64,000 bases of DNA, from IMG/VR virus record IMGVR_UViG_3300047550_001767, positions 1 through 64,000 of that record, one strand, 5' to 3'. The position numbers and the translations under genes were made by a program. The stretch comes from a virus. Position 1 is the stretch's first letter. The number at the start of each line of letters is the position of its first letter. Below, piece after piece: positions 35,490-44,949 of this stretch. A model generated the notes under the pieces. That model was not told where the DNA came from, searched no databases, and worked only from the letters and a program-made list of their open reading frames with translations.

Positions 35490-36864
35490 GTTTTGCTCTA
35501 TAACCGTCTAAAAATTTCTTATAATTTTTAAATTGATTACTATAAGTTTCGTTATAAGGAATATTGATAATTGAATTTTCTAGTGCAGCCATTGTGTCTT
35601 TGTTCACAGTAAAATATTTTAAACCACTATCATGCTGTCTTGCCTTTTCTCTAATTCTAGGTATACACTTCATACGATCCTCATTTGGTATTGATGCTAA
35701 ACCCAAATATAAAGGATATGATAATGTAATAGGCCACCATTCAACACGCTTCTGATATTGCTCTGCTTCTTTTGCTAGCAAATCCCATATTTCTGTAACA
35801 TACTGATAATTTAAGGCCTGTAAAACCGTGTAGCAAAGTATACGCCAGTTAGGACGAGTACTCGCCATTTCAAATACTTTCTTAATATTTTCACGCACTA
35901 CGTCCCACTTAGTACCATAGCGTATGTATTCTGCTACACCACCAATACCGTCAATACTCATCTGTATTTCAACGTTATCAAAATTACTTAAAGCCTCATA
36001 GAATTTTGGATTCCATGTTGTCATATTGGTCGTAAATTCAATCTTACAGTTTCTATTTCCTGCTGCAATTAATTCTTCAAACATCTTATAGTTTGCTTTA
36101 ATAAGTGTTGGCTCGCCTCCCGTCGTGTATAGGCGTCGCAATTTAGGTGCCATACGTCTAAAGTTTTTATAAAACATTTCTGTTTCATACCATTCAGTAA
36201 TTTCGCTTTTTTCTACAAGATCGTAATCATCTTGCCACTTATCCTGTAACCAATCTAGTTTTTGTTCTTTTAGCACGCCTGATTTTAAAATCTCTTTACG
36301 CTCATCTTGAATAAGTGAACTACTCATGCCCCAACATGTTATACATTTTAAATTACATTGATTGCCCAAACGTAACTCAAGGCTTAAAGGTAGCATGTCT
36401 AACACGCTATACATCTTTTTGTTTATACCATCATATTCTGTAATACTGTTTAAATGATTTGATAATTCATTATCATTTTCTTGTCTTATCAACCACATTT
36501 TATTTTGTCCTTTTCTAGGACTGTGGCCACTTACTTTTTCCATTTTATAACAATCTAAACAATCTCCAGATCCATTATTTTGTCTATGTAGATCACGCAC
36601 GTTTTGCATATGATCTGAATTCCAGATTGTGTCGATATCATCATATCCTAAATTAAAAGGCTTTGCAGGTTTACCATAACCTACAAAATAATCCATAGCG
36701 ATACTACAACATAATTTGACATTACCGTTTGGATTCGTATTAAGATTGAGCCATGGCAGTACACAAAACTTCTTCATGTTTCCTGCTAGCCAATTAATTT
36801 TTTTATCGCTTGGTACGTCTTCAGGAACTTTAGGTACAGCGTGAACTACCCAATTTAAATCCAT
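35482..36864 (-). CDS. Radical SAM enzyme with an N-terminal SPASM/twitch-like domain
   Basis: FCVLPW...LCC...CLDC then CNLKCITC, TGGEP, TTN, SIDG. Confidence 0.88.
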   Translation of the reverse strand: MDLNWVVHAVPKVPEDVPSDKKINWLAGNMKKFCVLPWLNLNTNPNGNVKLCCSIAMDYFVGYGKPAKPFNLGYDDIDTIWNSDHMQNVRDLHRQNNGSGDCLDCYKMEKVSGHSPRKGQNKMWLIRQENDNELSNHLNSITEYDGINKKMYSVLDMLPLSLELRLGNQCNLKCITCWGMSSSLIQDERKEILKSGVLKEQKLDWLQDKWQDDYDLVEKSEITEWYETEMFYKNFRRMAPKLRRLYTTGGEPTLIKANYKMFEELIAAGNRNCKIEFTTNMTTWNPKFYEALSNFDNVEIQMSIDGIGGVAEYIRYGTKWDVVRENIKKVFEMASTRPNWRILCYTVLQALNYQYVTEIWDLLAKEAEQYQKRVEWWPITLSYPLYLGLASIPNEDRMKCIPRIREKARQHDSGLKYFTVNKDTMAALENSIINIPYNETYSNQFKNYKKFLDGYRAKHG

Positions 36865-38066
36865 AGTGGTTTTAACTCCGGAAATGTTATTGTTAAATTT
36901 TCATTTCTTAAATTGTCGATTGTAGTTATCACTGCCTTAAATTCAGGAATCAATTCTCTATGATCTGCGCTATCCATATAATCTAGTATACCCTTTACGG
37001 CGTGTATTGTTTGTGGCCAAGCATTATTATCAGTTAACCACTGTATATACTTTTCATATAATTTGTGTACTTCCTTTTTTTGCTCTGGGGTTAACATTGT
37101 AATACTAAAGTAACGCGGATGTGTTAATATGTTAACACGAATGTTATTGATATTCAAGAGTCCTTCTTCGACCCAAGTTCTGTGAAAATCAAAAAGGCTA
37201 TATACACTGAATATACTTACTGTGGGGGTTATTTCAAAATAAACATCTGGGCAACTTTCAATCATCTGTCTACGATTCTTTACAATACGATCCCAGTCTG
37301 TGCCTTTACGACTATATTCTGCACGATCTCCATATGTATCTAAACTTGCTGCGACACGTACATCCTTAAACATTTTCCAATAATCTAATATTGACTTCTC
37401 TTTTAATTTTAAGGCACTAAAGTTAGTAGTATAACGTAGACGTACATCTGTTCTGCCCTTTTCTAACCAATAGTCTAATACTTGGTAGTGTTGCGGTGTG
37501 ATTAATGCTTCGCCACCAGCAAAGTAAACTTCTTCAACATAATCTAAATGCTGTTTTAAATCATCCATAAAAAATGGATTATTCTTTAAATCAATAAACT
37601 TAGATTTGGACCAAGTGGGGAACATCTTTACTTGATCGTCGTACCAACTGCTACTTAAATCAGGGCCGCACGTTCTACAGCGCATGTTGCATAAATTACT
37701 AAAACGTATATCCATATAATACATTTTGTAATCATTTATACTACCATCGTCATTTGTCTTGTCAAACAAATCCATATGATTACTAAAACTTTCTAAACTA
37801 TTTTTTCTTAATGTCCAACTATCTGCGCTTGTCTCTAATTCGTAACAACGCATACATGCTTTTGGTTTTTCGCCATTTAGCATTTGTCTGCGCAGTTCTT
37901 TAAATTTTTCATTATTGATTAATTTGTTAATATCTTCCTTATAGACATTACCAAATACCTCGCTACTATCGCTCATACAGCAAGGAAATGTATTTCCATT
38001 TGGCCATATATGCATATGCATCCAAGGCATTAAACATACAACATTTTTATCTATTGATTTACTCAT
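36855..38066 (-). CDS. Radical SAM enzyme with an N-terminal SPASM/twitch-like domain
   Basis: CLMPW...PCC...CMRC then CNMRCRTC, AGGE, TTN, SLD. Confidence 0.88.
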   Translation of the reverse strand: MSKSIDKNVVCLMPWMHMHIWPNGNTFPCCMSDSSEVFGNVYKEDINKLINNEKFKELRRQMLNGEKPKACMRCYELETSADSWTLRKNSLESFSNHMDLFDKTNDDGSINDYKMYYMDIRFSNLCNMRCRTCGPDLSSSWYDDQVKMFPTWSKSKFIDLKNNPFFMDDLKQHLDYVEEVYFAGGEALITPQHYQVLDYWLEKGRTDVRLRYTTNFSALKLKEKSILDYWKMFKDVRVAASLDTYGDRAEYSRKGTDWDRIVKNRRQMIESCPDVYFEITPTVSIFSVYSLFDFHRTWVEEGLLNINNIRVNILTHPRYFSITMLTPEQKKEVHKLYEKYIQWLTDNNAWPQTIHAVKGILDYMDSADHRELIPEFKAVITTIDNLRNENLTITFPELKPLWI

Positions 38067-39298
38067 GTTATTAATTCTTCTAGTTCCGGAAATACATTTG
38101 CAAATTGTTCTTCACGTAAATTATCTAAATGTGATGTTTCCTTCTGAAATTGCTCTTTATGTCTTTCCCAAGTGTTATCTGCTAAAACCCATTTTTTAGC
38201 ATCAACTAATGGCTGTACATGATGTGGTTTAAACCCCATCATTTTCATACGTGTAATCACAGTTTCAATACCTTCTATCCCCTGTATTTTAAGATGTACA
38301 GGTAATGCCAATGCTGCTATATGTTCAGGGCTTATCATGTTGTAAATGGTGTTTGATCTATCTTCAGGGGTATAAAAATTCTTATTTAAGAGATAATGAT
38401 AGAAAGTACTAAAGGTAACAAAGTTAAAAATGCTTAATACACTGTTTATTTGTGTAGCAACATAGGGAACACTTTTTACTTTTTTAAAGTTTTCTTCAAT
38501 TTGTTTCCAGTCTGTGCCTTTGCGCATGTATTCTGCTCTTGATCCATAATGATCTAGGCTAGCATAAACTTCTATCTTTTTAGTAAAGTGACTCCACAAA
38601 TCTAATAGGTCTTTATTTTTAAATTTTAAATTACTCAAGTTAGTATTATATCTTAATCTAACATCAGTACGTCCCTGACGTATCATTTCTTCAAGCATAA
38701 TATAATGTTCTTCTGTAATTAATGGTTCTCCGCCTGCAAAATATGCCATTGTTATATGTGGAATCTGTTGTAGTACATCATCTACATATTTGCTACGGTT
38801 ATCTTTATCAATTGTTATAATTGTTCGACCTTGCTTTGCATCTTCATTTTCCCATTGACTACTATAATGACTATTACAAGTTCTACATTTCATATTACAT
38901 ATATTGCTTAAACGCAAATCAAAATAGCGCATTTTAAATTTGCCTATTTCTCCTGTAATATCGGTCGATGCTAATGCTTCGTCAAAAAATTGACCAAACA
39001 TCTGTTCTTCGTTCATATTATTTCTAAAACTATAAATGCCTTGTTCTTCATGTCTATGACAGGCTTTACAAATAGGATTTTTTATACCTTCTAGCATATC
39101 TCTACGCAATTCTTTCATTGCTTCGCTATTCACTAATTCTATTAGTGATTTTTCGTTTGCGTTTCCTACAGGATATAATTGATTACCAATGCAACAAGGA
39201 GTGCCTACACCAACAGGAGTAACATGCATACTAACCCAGGGAAGCATACAAAAACTTCCGTTTTTAGTTAATAACTCTTCTTCTGGTGTATACTTCAT
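38063..39298 (-). CDS. Radical SAM enzyme with an N-terminal SPASM/twitch-like domain
   Basis: FCMLPW...PCC...CKAC then CNMKCRTC, AGGEP, NTN, SLD. Confidence 0.88.
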   Translation of the reverse strand: MKYTPEEELLTKNGSFCMLPWVSMHVTPVGVGTPCCIGNQLYPVGNANEKSLIELVNSEAMKELRRDMLEGIKNPICKACHRHEEQGIYSFRNNMNEEQMFGQFFDEALASTDITGEIGKFKMRYFDLRLSNICNMKCRTCNSHYSSQWENEDAKQGRTIITIDKDNRSKYVDDVLQQIPHITMAYFAGGEPLITEEHYIMLEEMIRQGRTDVRLRYNTNLSNLKFKNKDLLDLWSHFTKKIEVYASLDHYGSRAEYMRKGTDWKQIEENFKKVKSVPYVATQINSVLSIFNFVTFSTFYHYLLNKNFYTPEDRSNTIYNMISPEHIAALALPVHLKIQGIEGIETVITRMKMMGFKPHHVQPLVDAKKWVLADNTWERHKEQFQKETSHLDNLREEQFANVFPELEELIT

Positions 39299-40698
39299 TG
39301 CAATGGATTCAATCTATTTGTTTCTTGGCAAATTCTATAAAAATTTAAAAGTTCAGGAAATATTTCAAGCATATTTGTGTCTCTGCGCTCATCCAACTCA
39401 TTGAACCAATTATAGAAATCTCTACGTCCTTCTATTAATTTATCTTCATCATATTGAGTTTCACGCATATAATCAACCACACGTTTAAACTTTTCATATT
39501 CAATCGTGCTAAATTTTTTGCTTGACTTATCATCTACATTTTCTTTCATAAAATCTAATGCTTCTTCCATAAAAGGCATAAACTCGCCTTTGGGTAAAAT
39601 ATTCATGTCATACTGGAGTGGCTCACGTAGATAAGGAGTATCAAATCTTACGCGGTGTTGTGGGTTGATGGGGTCATCATACCAATCATACATATTACGC
39701 CACTCCAATATTTTTTGTAGTAATAATTTAAAAGATGTTACACTAAACAAATTAAATGTAATCATAAAGGTTACAGGACTGTTTGTGATACTCAAATATG
39801 TGTGCAAGTTTTTTTCCCATAATTCTATATCAAGGCCTGTACGATTATATTCTGCTCTTGGGCCCCAAGTATCGATACTTGAGAAAAGTTTAAATGCTCT
39901 AATTTTCCCTTCGTCACTTAACTTTCTAACCGCCTTACTCATTTTTTCTACAAGTGCAGTCTTTGTACCTAAATTGCTATTAATGTTAAGTTCAAGCCAG
40001 GGCATAGGATCTTTATCAATTTCATCAAGCACTTGATATGTACTTCTATGCATAGTAGGCTCACCACCAGTTATACGCATGATGTTTAATGTCTTGCGTA
40101 ACTCAGGCCACCATTTCCAGAACGCATCAACGTAAGGGTTTTCTTCTTCACGCTGATATAGTTTCATCCAGTCAATATCACAGCGGTGATTTTTTACGCT
40201 TGTGACAGGACCATGTTCTTTGATTTCTTGATAGAAACGTGTTGAATATTTTGGATGACAGTACCCGCATTTGAAGTTACATTCATTACCGAAATTAATT
40301 TCAAGGTATTCTGGATTAATATTTTGTTCGTGACTACCCTTAGCACATTGATTAAAACGTTCATCTGTAAAAATACTTGCATTTCTAATGTGGCGGTCGC
40401 TTACGTAATCAGGACCCATATCCTCTACGTTCCAACAATATTGACAGCCAGAAGGACGTTTGCCCTCTAACATCATTTTTCGTTCTTCTTTTTTCTCTTT
40501 AGTATTGTGTAATGCTGACGGATTGTCTACTAATTCCTCTAGTGGAATCTTATGAGGGCGGGGGTGATAGCAACTATGTGTCTCACCCGATTGTAAGTAC
40601 ATAGTGACATGATGCCACTTTGCTAAACAAAAAGTTGACGTTGCTTGATTTTCAACTACTACTTTTATTTCTTTAATTCTGTCAATCTCATAACTCAT
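39295..40698 (-). CDS. Radical SAM enzyme with an N-terminal Cys-rich domain
   Basis: FCLAKW...SCYH...CQYC then CNFKCGYC, TGGEP, NSN, SID. Confidence 0.88.
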   Translation of the reverse strand: MSYEIDRIKEIKVVVENQATSTFCLAKWHHVTMYLQSGETHSCYHPRPHKIPLEELVDNPSALHNTKEKKEERKMMLEGKRPSGCQYCWNVEDMGPDYVSDRHIRNASIFTDERFNQCAKGSHEQNINPEYLEINFGNECNFKCGYCHPKYSTRFYQEIKEHGPVTSVKNHRCDIDWMKLYQREEENPYVDAFWKWWPELRKTLNIMRITGGEPTMHRSTYQVLDEIDKDPMPWLELNINSNLGTKTALVEKMSKAVRKLSDEGKIRAFKLFSSIDTWGPRAEYNRTGLDIELWEKNLHTYLSITNSPVTFMITFNLFSVTSFKLLLQKILEWRNMYDWYDDPINPQHRVRFDTPYLREPLQYDMNILPKGEFMPFMEEALDFMKENVDDKSSKKFSTIEYEKFKRVVDYMRETQYDEDKLIEGRRDFYNWFNELDERRDTNMLEIFPELLNFYRICQETNRLNPLQ

Positions 40699-41654
40699 TA
40701 CCAGCCCTCTATTTTTCTTATGACATCCATTTCTTTTACTAATGGGCCTAAGTTATGTTTGTCGGAGTTATAGTGTCGTTTAAAAAACTTACTTTGTTCT
40801 GCATCAAGTGTGCATATAGGTAAATCTAATTTATTCTGTAAAATATCGCCCAATCGGTCACTTTCGGTAACCGGACGCATATGCTTAAAAATACCATCCC
40901 ACATTTTTTGTAAGTTGTCGAACCACATTACATTTTTATGATCCCAAATTGTCAACATAGTCATGTAAGTACCAAGACGTGCGCCATATATAGCCCAATC
41001 TCCGTTCTCTACATCCATGCCAACATTATGCCATATAGTTAAATTATTGAGGTTACGTGATGCTACTCTTGTTTTAAATTCGTCAACTGTTGGTCTAGCG
41101 CCGGCGTCTAAACACATTTTAACTCCCTCACGAAATCCTGCACGCCATGCTTGAAATGGTGTACCATTGGGGTAAGTAGTACTATAACAATCGTACATAG
41201 CCCAATAAAGATTGTCTGCACTATCCATACAAAAATCTACTTGTGTGGCCGAACTACCGTCTGTATGTTCATGTGTACGCATGTTAAACACATATTCTTT
41301 TGTCCAACTGCTCATGCCACCGTTGCCGTAACGTAATCCATTAATATTATTTGTAGCCTTCCAGCGAAACTGTGCTTTTTTATAAATTGGATCAAGACCA
41401 GTAAAGTCAAGTTGAATATTGAAAAAATCAGGTGTAGGTAAATTGTCGCCGTCAATTAATATAAAACGATCAGTCTCACTTGCTTCTGCTGCTGCTTTAT
41501 GTGCGGCATCACTACCCTTTACGCCATCAACACGTTTAGCATATGGGCATAATTCATTTTTTATTTTATGCCAAAAATGTTCTTTTTGTGGCTCATCATA
41601 ACTTAGATATATGCAATCTAAGTCAACAACATCTACTATGTCATCCCAACTCAT
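40698..41654 (-). CDS. GT-A-fold glycosyltransferase-like protein
   Basis: IYLSYDEP, RVDGVKG..AAHKAAA, FILIDGDN (DxD), WRAGFREGVK. Confidence 0.65.
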   Translation of the reverse strand: MSWDDIVDVVDLDCIYLSYDEPQKEHFWHKIKNELCPYAKRVDGVKGSDAAHKAAAEASETDRFILIDGDNLPTPDFFNIQLDFTGLDPIYKKAQFRWKATNNINGLRYGNGGMSSWTKEYVFNMRTHEHTDGSSATQVDFCMDSADNLYWAMYDCYSTTYPNGTPFQAWRAGFREGVKMCLDAGARPTVDEFKTRVASRNLNNLTIWHNVGMDVENGDWAIYGARLGTYMTMLTIWDHKNVMWFDNLQKMWDGIFKHMRPVTESDRLGDILQNKLDLPICTLDAEQSKFFKRHYNSDKHNLGPLVKEMDVIRKIEGW

Positions 41655-41994
41655 ATGTTATTAACACCCATTGGGTAATTTCAATACTACCATCATCAAC
41701 TATAATACTAATATCTTCTTTAGCACATTTATTGCCTAAAAGACTGTCTGGTTGTAACTTGCTTATAATTGCAGAAGGATTTACTGTTGATAAGCGACCG
41801 TTGATAACTCTAACATCAGGGCGAGCTGTAGCAAAAGTAATAGCATCAATAACTATGTATTTGCCTTCAGGTTTCTCGCAGGTATAAAATAATACTTTAC
41901 CGTTTTCTTCTTCGTAATATAAACGAAATTCGGGAGCCTCAATTTTAGGTGCCTCAAACAATAAGACATAATCTTCTGTTTCATCTTGATTCAT
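41641..41994 (-). CDS. Hypothetical protein
   Basis: 117-aa ORF overlapping both neighbours. Confidence 0.7.
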   Translation of the reverse strand: MNQDETEDYVLLFEAPKIEAPEFRLYYEEENGKVLFYTCEKPEGKYIVIDAITFATARPDVRVINGRLSTVNPSAIISKLQPDSLLGNKCAKEDISIIVDDGSIEITQWVLITYELG

Positions 41995-42785
41995 ATAGAC
42001 TTCTCTATTTCATAGGCAAATTTTTTCACATGATAGTGAAAAGGATACATTTGCGGTACGGTATTTATACGTAAAGTATGAGGTAATATTTCATAAATTA
42101 AAACGTCTGTCCAATCTTCACTAGGCGTGCCATTAATATGTTGCTTCATGTGCACCATAGACATTTCTGGATAATTAGGTAATGTTGTATGTTCTATTCC
42201 TATGATGTGCGCTGCTATCGCATATGCCCAGTCAGTAGTAACAGGCTCAGTAGGACTGCATTTAAGCATAGCACGAAATTCAGGCCAGTTTTCAAAAACC
42301 ATTCTAACGATTTTAAAAAATGTTTCAGCAACATTACTTTTCTTAAAGTATGTTATAGCGTTATAAACATTAGGTAGTTTATTATCTTCAATAAACCGAC
42401 GATAAAATTTCTGTTTACTAATTTCTTGCTTAAAATCTCTTATGTGTGTGCTTACCACTAAATCTTTATGCTTTAAAATATCCCACCAAGGTTCTATTGA
42501 TTTTGGCAAATACAAATCTGCTTCAAGTTTAATAGTATATTCATAAGGACTTGCTTCATAAACTTGCCAGTCATTGATAAGTTTCCAGTTACCGCCTTTA
42601 TCCAAATCTCCATATGGCAAGGCTATCACGCTATCAAAATAACTTGCATCATCTACTTCATCACTAATTAAAGAAACTTTTGCGTCTGGCATATGTTTTT
42701 TAATACTATAAGCCAGCATTTCAGCACATTTAACATAGTTAACAAACTCTGTGTTTTGTGCTAAGATTACAAATCCTTTATCCAT
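41991..42785 (-). CDS. GT-A (GT8-like) glycosyltransferase-like protein
   Basis: A..LAYSIK, SPYEYTIKLEADL (ExD variant), VHMK; paralog of 42778..43605. Confidence 0.55.
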   Translation of the reverse strand: MDKGFVILAQNTEFVNYVKCAEMLAYSIKKHMPDAKVSLISDEVDDASYFDSVIALPYGDLDKGGNWKLINDWQVYEASPYEYTIKLEADLYLPKSIEPWWDILKHKDLVVSTHIRDFKQEISKQKFYRRFIEDNKLPNVYNAITYFKKSNVAETFFKIVRMVFENWPEFRAMLKCSPTEPVTTDWAYAIAAHIIGIEHTTLPNYPEMSMVHMKQHINGTPSEDWTDVLIYEILPHTLRINTVPQMYPFHYHVKKFAYEIEKSI

Positions 42786-43605
42786 TTTTAATTAACTCCA
42801 CATAAATGTCTTTATTCATTACGTGAAAATCCATATCTTTTATAGTAATAAATTCTTTTCTTATTTTACCACGCTGCCAATTGTCAAACAATACAGTATA
42901 TTCTGTATTGTAAGGAGAGTTACTTGCTGCGATAACATTAGTATTTTTACCTACGTGCATTAAATTCCATGGTATAATATCTTGAGGTGCTATAGTATGA
43001 CCATTTACTATACGTAATGCTAAAGTTAATGCATAATCATTTCTAAAAATATTTGCTAAAAAGTGATGCATGTTTGCGTAGTGACCAAAATTATTTTGTA
43101 TCATTTCAATACAATTGAAGATTTGTTCTGCACGTTCTGTTTTTTTAAAAGCAACTACTGTTGCCCATAATGTTTTATAACTGTATACACTTAATACTTC
43201 TTGCGGTAATCTAGGCTGCATGAAATACTCTGTGTTGTCATGGCAACAAAAATCATCGTACAAATCAAAACATTTTAACAACTTGTCGCTATTAACAACA
43301 TAATCAACATCAAGTAATAAAGTTTCTTTATAAGGACTTAATTTATAGGCTTGATATCTTCCTTTATTAATCCAAGGCGCGCCGTCTCTATTATTATTTT
43401 TATCTGCCGTGACTAATTTTACTTTATCAAATTTATAATCTGAAATGGCGCTATTTAAAGTCTCTTTATCAGTAACTAATGTAACTGGCAAATTTAAAAA
43501 ATGATTTATACGCTGGGCAGTATGAACTGCCATGTCATAATAATTATACTTGGTATTGTTAAATGCAAAAAGTATCGCACCGCGACTTTTCTTTCCGCGT
43601 TTCAT
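42778..43605 (-). CDS. GT-A (GT8-like) glycosyltransferase-like protein
   Basis: SPYKETLLLDVDY (DxD), WATVVAFKK, FRND, HVMNK. Confidence 0.6.
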   Translation of the reverse strand: MKRGKKSRGAILFAFNNTKYNYYDMAVHTAQRINHFLNLPVTLVTDKETLNSAISDYKFDKVKLVTADKNNNRDGAPWINKGRYQAYKLSPYKETLLLDVDYVVNSDKLLKCFDLYDDFCCHDNTEYFMQPRLPQEVLSVYSYKTLWATVVAFKKTERAEQIFNCIEMIQNNFGHYANMHHFLANIFRNDYALTLALRIVNGHTIAPQDIIPWNLMHVGKNTNVIAASNSPYNTEYTVLFDNWQRGKIRKEFITIKDMDFHVMNKDIYVELIKNG

Positions 43606-43907
43606 CTCTTTGCCTCTAACTCATTCCATTCTTTTAACCACTCAGTCATAGTCTGTTGATAAACAGATTTTAATTTATGTAGTAAATCTTCTCTATTAAT
43701 TTTAACGGGATTATTAAAGGTATCCATAACGACTATTTCATCGTCATCAAAAGAATTTAATAAAGTTATAGTTTGCTGATCTGCTTTCCATAAGCCACCT
43801 TGATCAGCCAAAGTTAGTCTACTATCATATTTTTCTTTTAAGTAGGCTTTCGCTGAATTGTGACTAAATCTAGCCTTTGATTCGGCTAATAAAGTTTTGA
43901 CATCCAT
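43602..43907 (-). CDS. Hypothetical protein
   Basis: 101 aa, AAGGAG RBS, CTAAATA at 43950-43944. Confidence 0.75.
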   Translation of the reverse strand: MDVKTLLAESKARFSHNSAKAYLKEKYDSRLTLADQGGLWKADQQTITLLNSFDDDEIVVMDTFNNPVKINREDLLHKLKSVYQQTMTEWLKEWNELEAKR

Positions 43908-43975
43908 TTTATACTCCTTGAAGGCGCTAATGCTCCTTGCGAGTATTTAGATTTAAAAAATGGAACGATTAAAAA

Positions 43976-44911
43976 TTATGCGCCTGTAACTGAACCAGCA
44001 AGTGTAATTGTACCCCAAGTGTTTGACAAATTAGTTGTCTCTGGAGCCTGTGCTGTTAGTGTAGTTGCAGAACCAGTTGATACAGAATATCCATCTGGAA
44101 CTTCGTCCCAAACTGTATATAGTGTTACTACTGAAGGTGAGGCGTTTGAATTTACTGCGCCTATTACACGAATAAATGTGCTTTGATATGCTGCTGGACC
44201 TGTACTTGCTGTTTGTGTAAATAGGGTAGTATTTGCAGTAGTCAATGCATAGAAACCTGAATTAGTTGAAATAGTTGGTGTTGATCCACCACCGCCTACT
44301 TTAGTTACACCATTGTAAGATACTGATGCAACTGTAATTGATCCTGATACAGGAGCACTCAATACTACTGTGCCTACGTTACTTGCTAGGTTGTTGAACA
44401 ATAAGTCTATGTTTACGCCTGCTGGGTGTGAACAAGTAATTTTTAATGAGCCACCTGCATTGAAGAAATAACGTGCGGCATCTGCGTTAGCAAATGTAGC
44501 AGTATGTGTAAATGTTAAAGCGGCACTCCACGCACCTGAACGTGTGGCAGTATTTGCTGTGGTGCTGCCTACTGTTTGTGCATTTAATCTATTTGTATAG
44601 ATAGTTTGTAAATTAGTTGGTACTGCCGATACGTATGTTATAAGGCCGCCAGAAACAGGTGCTGAAACAGAAGTTATGCTTGAACCTTGGTGTGTAGCGG
44701 CGTTTGAGGTTCTGTTTACTAGATTAGCCCATGTTGTTGCGCTCACAGTATCGCCCACTGCAACGTTTGCCAAAGCAGTTTGACCATAACCTGCATTGCC
44801 GCTGCCTGTAGCCCAAGTCGCATTTAATGTATTTGCTGTTGTTGAGGTAGGACCGCCTGTAAGATTGTTATAATCAGTTGCTTGGACTAATCCAAATTGT
44901 GCATAAGTCAT
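43976..44911 (-). CDS. Ser/Thr/Gly/Ala-rich virion structural protein (tail-associated)
   Basis: GSGNAGYGQ and A.AARYFFNAGG motifs, very few charged residues, ATAAATA at 44945-44939. Confidence 0.65.
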   Translation of the reverse strand: MTYAQFGLVQATDYNNLTGGPTSTTANTLNATWATGSGNAGYGQTALANVAVGDTVSATTWANLVNRTSNAATHQGSSITSVSAPVSGGLITYVSAVPTNLQTIYTNRLNAQTVGSTTANTATRSGAWSAALTFTHTATFANADAARYFFNAGGSLKITCSHPAGVNIDLLFNNLASNVGTVVLSAPVSGSITVASVSYNGVTKVGGGGSTPTISTNSGFYALTTANTTLFTQTASTGPAAYQSTFIRVIGAVNSNASPSVVTLYTVWDEVPDGYSVSTGSATTLTAQAPETTNLSNTWGTITLAGSVTGA

Positions 44912-44949
44912 GTTTTTAACCCTATATTACGTATACAGTATTTATCAAA

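Noticed and set aside
19380-43605. Firm call as a DNA hypermodification or RiPP cluster
   Set aside because: No dNMP hydroxymethylase, thymidylate synthase homolog or DNA polymerase is in the cluster, and no recognisable RRE/PqqD domain, peptidase or transporter. These remain alternatives because such genes could lie outside the window.
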